Positions 20,795 through 27,712 of a stretch of 27,712 nt of DNA are shown here, piece after piece. The first letter of the stretch is position 1. Every line of letters begins with the position of its first letter. Source of the stretch: Anthoceros angustus (lineage: Eukaryota; Plantae; Anthocerotophyta); assembly GCA_010909165.1 (NCBI GenBank), contig VJWM01000376.1, forward strand, positions 1 through 27,712, given 5' to 3'. The notes under the pieces were generated by a model, which was given only the letters and a program-made list of their open reading frames with translations, searched no databases and was not told the DNA's origin. The position numbers and the translations under genes are program-made.

Positions 20795-21849
20795 ACACGA
20801 CACATAGGCATGCTGCTTTTGTATGCTCCTCTTGATGCATTTGTATGCTTTAGCCCTTGGTCTTGTGTATGCCGGGTCGACAATGTAGCCGCTGTATAGG
20901 ATCCTGCGTCGAAGGGACCTGTGTACAGCATAGATTAGGAAAGTCGGACAAGTTTTGGGTAGGCACATGTGACATAGATAATCTGGTCTTTTGTTCACAT
21001 AGGAACTGTCTAAGTTATGTGGGACTGAGTTGAGGGTGAGCTCAAGGAGCTCCATCCACGGTTATTTTCACGTCTGCGGGATTGTGTGTGAGGTTATGAT
21101 CGGGAAGTTTTGATCACCATGTTTTTGATACTTGTATGTCATGGGGAATTAGACCGATTGTTTTTCAGACAAATGCGAGGCAAAGCGTGAAGGACAGCTT
21201 TTCCGAAATGGATACTTGAGCCTTTCGGAAAGGCAAGAGAAGGGCCACAGCACCGGACGTCCGGTGCCACGACAGTTACTGGGAATAGTTATTACTTCCC
21301 TTGCTCCTTGCTTTTTCTATGACATACGATTCCGAGTGTGTACATGTGGATATGTTGGTTTGAAATTATGGAGATATTTACAATCAAATCTGATCTGTTT
21401 CCTTGGAACACAATTTTTTTATAAATAGCATCGGCAGCGTATACAGCTTGCCTAAACCAATCTATAAAATAGCCTTCAGTCGTTAATGTTGGTCAAGTGC
21501 GGGGTTTGCAACGAGGCATATATTCAGTACTAACGCTACAAATGTGCCGATTAAAAAAAATTGCCCACTGTGGTTGGAATCCGCTAAAAAAAACGTCAAA
21601 AAAACGCTTTTTTCCAATCCAGGTTCACTCCTGGATCATTTCGAGTAGGGTCCGTTGGCATGGGGAACCTGTCAAAGGAGATTTTCACAATGCCGGGGCC
21701 TCCGAAAAGTGTGTTTTTGGGCCTTGGTTGGGGGCAAACCCTTAAAATAGGGTTTTTGTTTTCATTTTAGAGGTCACATTTGGCCAAAACGACCTCGGTC
21801 TCTAAAAAGTGGAGCCTGTCTCCACTTCTTAGAAGACCTGTTCTATGCC

Positions 21850-22590
21850 AGAGCAAAAACCGATCTCAAGAACGTGCACTTAGAAGCAAGGAGAAGAGTA
21901 AGGAAGAAGCATCGAAGTCTAACCTCAGTTCACAGCTGCTCAAGGGGCTCTCAGAGTTGAGAGCGGTCGTCCAAAAGCTGGAAGTTCAAAAGGAAGAAGC
22001 ATTCAATCGGTTGTCAAAGCCAAAGGGGGCTATGCAAGAAGTACGGAGCATCAGAACATACAACTAGCTGCTGCCTCAAGGTCTGTAGCTATTGTGGGGG
22101 CAACGGACATCTAGAGTGGAGGAGTGCGAAAGCATCGCCTCGGAATGGCAACTCGGAACTACGAAGAGGAATTCCAAGCCACCGCCCATGCATCCTTGGG
22201 GAGGCCCACTCACAATAGTCTCGGAAACCAAGGAGAAGGGTAAGAGCAAACTGGTGAACCGCGTTGCCCTCACTGATGAAGAAGAGGAACATATTGCAAA
22301 TGTGACGAAGGACAAGCGCTAGCGAGACTCTACTTCATTTGCCGAGGACAAACGCAAAGCCAAAACTCAGAAGAAGGCAGAGCAAGTTCAGCCAGAAGTT
22401 GAGATGCAAAAAGCATCGACCATCAAGAAGAAGAAGGCAAGAAGGAGAGGCGTTGTTCTGACACCAAGTGTCAAGGCAATGCCACGCTACTCCCTGATTG
22501 AGGACATCGCTGGAAGAGAAGTAAAAATGACGTTCGGCCAGCTGCTCGGTTTGGTATCATCTATGAGGCGAGAAATGGCATCCGCTCTAA
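21850..22590 (+). mobile_element. Ty3/Gypsy gag-like remnant
   Basis: Interrupted frame with a coiled-coil-like segment (SQLLKGLSELRAVVQKLEVQKEE) and PRYSLIEDIAGREVKMTFGQLLGLVSSMRREMASALS, resembling the gag-to-protease linker of Gypsy polyproteins. Confidence 0.5.
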
Positions 22591-23081
22591 GTACCTATGG
22601 ATGGACTTTCGTTGGCGGACCAGCCATAACTATGTCCCATATCGCAAGCAAGATGCGTGATTCATCCCACAAATGTATCGCCGCACCGCCAACCTACTAT
22701 TTCTAACTACTTGGGAAGGGGTCCCATCTAGTCCGTACCAATACTAATGAACTTACCTGGCCACTGATCACAACTCGGTCCAATGACCGCGTCCACCAAG
22801 ATTGAGTATTCAATGGACCCCAACCGCCGGAGCTCTACTACACTTTACGAAGACGGACGCCTGGTCCTTCATCAGCGAGGCTGGCCAGACTTGCGTGATC
22901 CCGCGCTAAACCTCCTTATGTCAAGGGGAGAAATTCCATATAGTGCAAGGAATCGATCTCCGATCTTCAGAGGTGTTCTCCTAGGACGCTTAGAATCGTG
23001 CTACTATCTAAGAGTTTGATTCTATAGGGATTTTTCAACTCACTGCTTTGAGGTGATCAACACTTTTAGACCAGACTTGCT

Positions 23082-23666
23082 CAAAGACGAAGGCCCCTTA
23101 ACAATCATCAAGTATTTATGATAACCTTGTGGAGTTTGCTCGAGACGAAACAAACGCTCAGCGGCTTCCTTGAAGAGAGTAGGTTCCCATTATAACATTG
23201 TACCACCAAGTATGTCAAATCACCTTGTGGAGTGTGACCGAGAGGAACATATGCACAAGTACAAAGTCCTTGAAGAAACTAGGTCAAATACCTACAATCA
23301 AACTTGGGTGGTACCCATCCATTATTCTTCCGTTGACGTGAAGAGTCTGGTATCAAATTTGAGGTTGAGCGTTATTATCCTAGCATTATTCTAAAAATGT
23401 CGAGATAAGAAAGGTAATTTCAAAGAAAAATAGAAGTGTAGGAGAGGGGACAATGTGTGTGTTGGGGGGGTAACTAGTGGAGAAAGTGATTGGGAACGAG
23501 AGTATGGGGTGCAAGAAGAAAAGGAAGGAGGGACAAGATTTATGAGTAAAAGGAAATATTATAAAAATAGAAATAGATTGAAAAAATAAAACATAAAATA
23601 TGGAAAAGAGTGAAAAAGATAGAAGATAAAAAAAAAAAGAAAAAGTGAAGAAGATATCAAACAAAA
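23082..23666 (+). repeat. Partial third copy of segment Z (equivalent to 11903-12488 and ~26055-26645)
   Basis: Near-identical from caaagacgaaggcccc to gaagatatcaaacaaaa. Confidence 0.92.
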
Positions 23667-23768
23667 TAAAGGTGTAGCACTAGCGACCACGAGGTCCTAG
23701 GATATGCATCAGTCTGCAATGTATGAAGCGGGTAATCAATCTACAAACATTCGAATCGAGTACTTGGG

Positions 23769-23948
23769 GCTATGATACCATATTAATAAATAAAACTATA
23801 GAGAACTTGTACAATTGAATAAGTGCAACTAATCGAAATTACAAAAATTATCCTAAATACTTGTGTGGTGGTATTGTGGTGTATGTTCAAAATTAACCTA
23901 AATGAATAAATAATATTGGATAGGTTAAATCAACCCTAACCTCTAATA
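23769..23948 (-). mobile_element. Second Copia-type 5' LTR (~168 bp, 23781-23948) with tRNA-iMet PBS (23769-23780)
   Basis: The minus strand reads TATTAGAGG...TTATTAATA (decayed TGTTAG...TTAACA) followed by TGGTATCATAGC, one mismatch from the canonical PBS TGGTATCAGAGC. It is unrelated to the LTR at 16148. Confidence 0.6.
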
Positions 23949-23962
23949 AGTAGCTAAAGAAA

Positions 23963-24179
23963 ATGGCAACATCTATGAGATTTGGATGATGTTTCCTTGC
24001 TAATTTTCTTGGTCTTCTACTCATGTTTCCGAGCATGCTACCGGGATATACTAGGAGTCACTTACCAAACATCAAGAGGATAGATATCGATAATAGCTAG
24101 CATCTATCTTGAGCTAGCTCCAAGAAAACCACCAAGTAGTGCTAGCCGTAATGAGCCCCGAGAAGCCTCCTCCATTTAG
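23963..24179 (+). pseudogene. Degenerate copy C of the peptide precursor, with one module
   Basis: MATSMRFG* (CGA to TGA), a decayed signal-peptide sequence, then APRKPPSSASRNEP. Confidence 0.75.
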
Positions 24180-24240
24180 AATATTTGAGAAAAATTAAGA
24201 GCAATTTCAAGTGAGCCCATTTGATATAAAGAATCCTATG

Positions 24241-25138
24241 GGAGTTTCTTTCCCACCATGCCTTTTCCTCTTGGTTTTCCATCCACCTTTTGATTTTTGT
24301 ACTTAGTACTTGACACGATGGAGCTAATGGAGACAAAACTTTGAACTCAAAACTAAGGCCATCTACCTTGCGCATTGAAAAAATGGGTTGGGGCATTCAC
24401 AAAGTTTCTCAAACAACCTATCTCACCGGGCGCAACAACTAGAACTAGATGGCCGCTCCGTGATAGATGCATGAAGTTTATTACACGCACTTGGGAAACT
24501 AGCCCTATGCAAGATAGGGAAATGCCTCTAGCAATACTAAGTCACCCTAGTATCACTATCATTTGTATAATACAAGTATGGAGAAGGGGAGCAGAGAACC
24601 CGGAGACGAGGAACTTATATAGAGGTGGGGGACGATGAATCGTCCGAGAGCACCGTGAACTTCGCTATTGGGAGCGTATGGTCGCTCCGCAGCTGAACAA
24701 AAAGGAACTCCTAGCGATGCCAAACTCCTCCTCAAAGACTCAAAAATGGGCGCCTCCGCTAAAGCCGGGCTAGGATGCGGATGTAGATGGCGAGAGACCC
24801 TAGGATCAGAATTAGCGAACCACGGTTCGCTTGGTAAACCCGATGACATGTTAAGGAAGGCCAAGGATTCTTAGAGGGTGATGTATAATCTATGACAAAA
24901 TCTATGTAAAAGTAGCATCACAAAATAGACCTCAAAAGTCAGCAATAAGGGGCATATTTTCTAGAATTTCATACATCAAAAATTTGAGAGAAAAAGGCAA
25001 AAAGAGAACTAGAGACTCAATATGAGTGAGCTGGGAATTTGGGGTTAAGGAAAGGGAGAGGTGTGCCGATGGTTTTGGTGCGTGTGGAACCTCCTAGTTA
25101 GTCTTCTCATTTCTTGTGGTTCCGTTGATAGGGGTTTT
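24241..25138 (-). repeat. Inverted copy of segment Y (9899-10797)
   Basis: Reverse-complement homology; it abuts the Z copy at 25139. Confidence 0.9.
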
Positions 25139-27212
25139 ACTTGTACACTCATAGGCCATGGTTCCTAGTAGGTTCCAAATTTGGTATTGGCGGATTTTGG
25201 CTTTGTGGCGGTGTCCTTGTGATGATTTGAGGTTTTGGTTTTCGATCACTGGCGACGGGCTTTTGGCGATTCTGCTCTTCCTTGCTCGGTTCTTGGTGCG
25301 GCAATCGGATGATGGTGAATTGGGGCCCGAGTCTGTGAGGTTAATTTTGTCTAAGTTACATTGGTATGAGGGGTTTGTTTTGCTCTCGCTTGGCAAGGGG
25401 AGGCGCTATTTTGATCTATGGAGGATGAGGTTTCCGCTTCTCTTAGTATCATTCGGTCTCAATTTGCGGTTTCAAAATAAAGCGTGATTTTTTCACAAAA
25501 TAAAACCATGCTCAAGCCGCTTAAAGGGATGAGTCCACCCCAATACCTATTAGAACTCACGATGTCTCATTCGAGGGAAGCCAATGTGCCTTTTCCAAGA
25601 GGCACTTATGTAGTTATTTGGGGTTTCTTCCTTCTAGCGAGTAATTGCAAGATATATATTAATACATATTTATTTATAGATCATTAGGCGTATGCAGCCA
25701 TGAGGCTATGATGCCTCTATTTACATTTTTTCACCAGCAATGCTTGCGCAGTAGATTTTTCAAATTCCTAATTCTAATATTATAAAAGGTAAAAGGTTTT
25801 GGTCCTATGGAGCTTGTTGTGGTGTATATTAATACATATAGACCACAATAAGTGCATTTAAAACCCTACAATTTGGAAAGTCTACATTTTAGATAAGCCT
25901 ATGGAGGTAGTTCTAGATGGAACATACATCCAAGATAAAGTGCCAAGTTGAAGAGATCAAGGCAAAACATTAAAACAAGGTCCTCATTTCAAGACACTAT
26001 CACCAAGTCATTCAAAATACCTTGATGGAGCTAGCCCTAAATGGAACACATACCCAAAGACGAAGGCCCCTTAACAATCATCAAGTATTTATGATAACCT
26101 TGTGAGTTTGCTCGAGACTTAAACAAACGCTCAAGCACGCGGCCTTGAAGAGAGTAGGTTCCCATTATAACATTGTACCACCAAGTATGTCAAATCACCT
26201 TGTGGAGTGTGACCGAGAGGGAACATACGCACAAGTAAAGTCCCCTTGAAGAAACTAGGTCAAATACCTACAATCAAACTTGGGTAGGTACCCATCCATT
26301 ATTCTTCGTTGACGTGAAGAGTCATGGTATCAAATTTGAGGTTGAGTGTTATTATCCTAGCATTATTCTAAAAATGTCGAGATAAGAAAGGTAATTTCAA
26401 AGAAAATAGAAGTGTAGGAGAGGGGACAATGTGTGTGTTGGGGTAACTAGTGGAGAAAAGTGATTGGGAACGAGAGAGTATGGGGTGCAAGAAGAAAAGA
26501 AAAAGGAAGGAGGGACAAGATTTATGAGTAAAAGGAAATATTATAAAATAGAAATAGATTGAAAAAATAAAACATAAAATATGGAAAAGAGTGAAAAAGA
26601 TAGAAGATAAAAAGAAAAGAAAAGTGAAGAAGATATCAAACAAAAATTGTCAATACCTAGTTGAAATCTTCTTTGATATTATGTATTGAAGAAGAATAAA
26701 GTCATTGAATTTAGGTAACATGGGATCGATAAGAAAAAGATTGTATATCGAGATATAAATGAGTTTGTTCTCTATATATGTACAAGTCCTCTCATCACAA
26801 TTTCACATATTTGACCGTGACTTGCTATCTCCCGTGAGTTACTCTTATTAGGTACATTTGTCGTTAGGTTTTGATTGTGCTCTTAGATTTGCTTAGGTTT
26901 TGATTGTGATATTGCTCTTAGATTTGCTTAGGTGTGATTGTAATTTTGGTCTTAGACTTGTTGTGCATTGAAATGGGTAGAGTATTGGCGAAGATCTTTT
27001 GTATAGAAAATGTAATCGATTGATGTTGCTTGGTTTGTGTAGCTAGAGAAAATGGCGACATCTATGGGATTTTGGACGATCTTCCTTGCTATTTTCCTTG
27101 CTCTTCTACTCATGTTTCCAAGCATATTGCTAGGCGATTAGGGAGTCCGAACGTCAAGAGGATAGATATTGATGACAAGATATTGAGGGCTCCACGAAAA
27201 CCGCTTAGTGGG
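25139..27212 (+). repeat. Second copy of segment Z (11002-13085)
   Basis: Direct homology up to the first peptide module. Confidence 0.92.
27052..27212 (+). pseudogene. Copy B of the peptide precursor, broken by indels and truncated in module 1
   Basis: MATSMGFWTIFLAIFLALLLMFPSILLGD*, then ..ILRAPRKPLSG before homology ends. Confidence 0.7.
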
Positions 27213-27572
27213 CCAATCATTGCCCTCGTTTTAGTGATGTTGTCATTTCAAGCCTGCACCTATAAAACAAATCCGGTTAAAACCCCACCACGCCCTGCTA
27301 CATTTATTGTGGTGGATGGCATGGGCAATATTCTTAAAAGACAGATTCTCGCTATTGGCCAACAGGTAAATTATACCCAAATTACCCGTGCATTTACGCC
27401 CAATCAACGCAAAATCTCCTTTATCGTTTTAACAGCATCCCGCCAAAATTATTATGTAGCTCCAGCCTATACCCTACATTCCCTAAAGGTACTTATTGCA
27501 TTTACAAAAAAAGTTTTGGTACTGGCAACACAGCAATGGACTATTTATTTAGACGAAACCTATTACCGATAA
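27213..27572 (+). CDS. Partial ORF in foreign-looking DNA, possibly a bacterial lipoprotein
   Basis: About 120 stop-free codons in AT-rich DNA beginning IIALVLVMLSFQAC (hydrophobic stretch plus lipobox-like FQA-C). No start codon for the putative signal is present before the junction. Confidence 0.35.
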   Translation, partial: PIIALVLVMLSFQACTYKTNPVKTPPRPATFIVVDGMGNILKRQILAIGQQVNYTQITRAFTPNQRKISFIVLTASRQNYYVAPAYTLHSLKVLIAFTKKVLVLATQQWTIYLDETYYR

Positions 27573-27577
27573 TATGC

Positions 27578-27608
27578 ATTGTTGCAATGAATAGCCATTT
27601 GCAACAAT
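27578..27608 (+). terminator. Stem-loop just after the stop codon of the foreign ORF
   Basis: attgttgcaa-(11 nt)-ttgcaacaat, a perfect 10-bp stem 5 nt after TAA. There is no U-tract, so terminator function is uncertain. Confidence 0.3.
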
Positions 27609-27712
27609 CAGGAAAAATTTAACAGCCCTTATGATGCTTAAAATAAATAATTGTTTAATTTTAAAATCGTTGTGAACATCGTTTAAAAGCAGTAATTTTA
27701 AGAACAACTATC

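Noticed and set aside
22590-23080. Gypsy RNase H remnant (YLATDH..)
   Set aside because: Only a 3-residue TDH match; the flanking RNase H motifs are absent.
27030-27572. Genuine 180-aa gene
   Set aside because: It is a fusion of an out-of-frame peptide-gene fragment with the foreign segment, starting at a non-ATG codon.

Overview
Eukaryotic, transposon-rich land-plant genomic DNA, probably from a non-seed plant (inferred from short GC-rich introns; low confidence). There are many single-base indels in homopolymers, so this looks like an under-polished long-read assembly and frameshifts must be read cautiously. The one securely identified host gene is chloroplast co-chaperonin CPN20 (5 coding exons, minus strand, 14327-15495). 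The most interesting item is a small family of secreted peptide-precursor genes (copy A 12916-13521; degenerate copy C at 23963; truncated copy B at 27052). Copy A has a signal peptide followed by five ~100-bp modules encoding (RR)ILRAPRKPPSG(P/A)SxxNEPGMPP, a CLE/IDA-like motif that I cannot assign to a named family. Copies A and B lie in a local segmental duplication that includes a ~0.9-kb inversion. The rest is nested mobile DNA: LINE-ORF1-like coding remnants in inverted orientation, a 1.7-kb TIR element with an apparent ~20-bp target duplication, long LTR-like repeats, a truncated Copia (RT/RNase H, PPT, 140-bp 3' LTR, antisense ORF), a 2.8-kb non-autonomous CACTA, a Gypsy gag remnant and a second Copia LTR with PBS. 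A ~80-bp minisatellite sits just upstream of CPN20. The last ~500 bp switch abruptly to unrelated AT-rich, bacterial-looking sequence.
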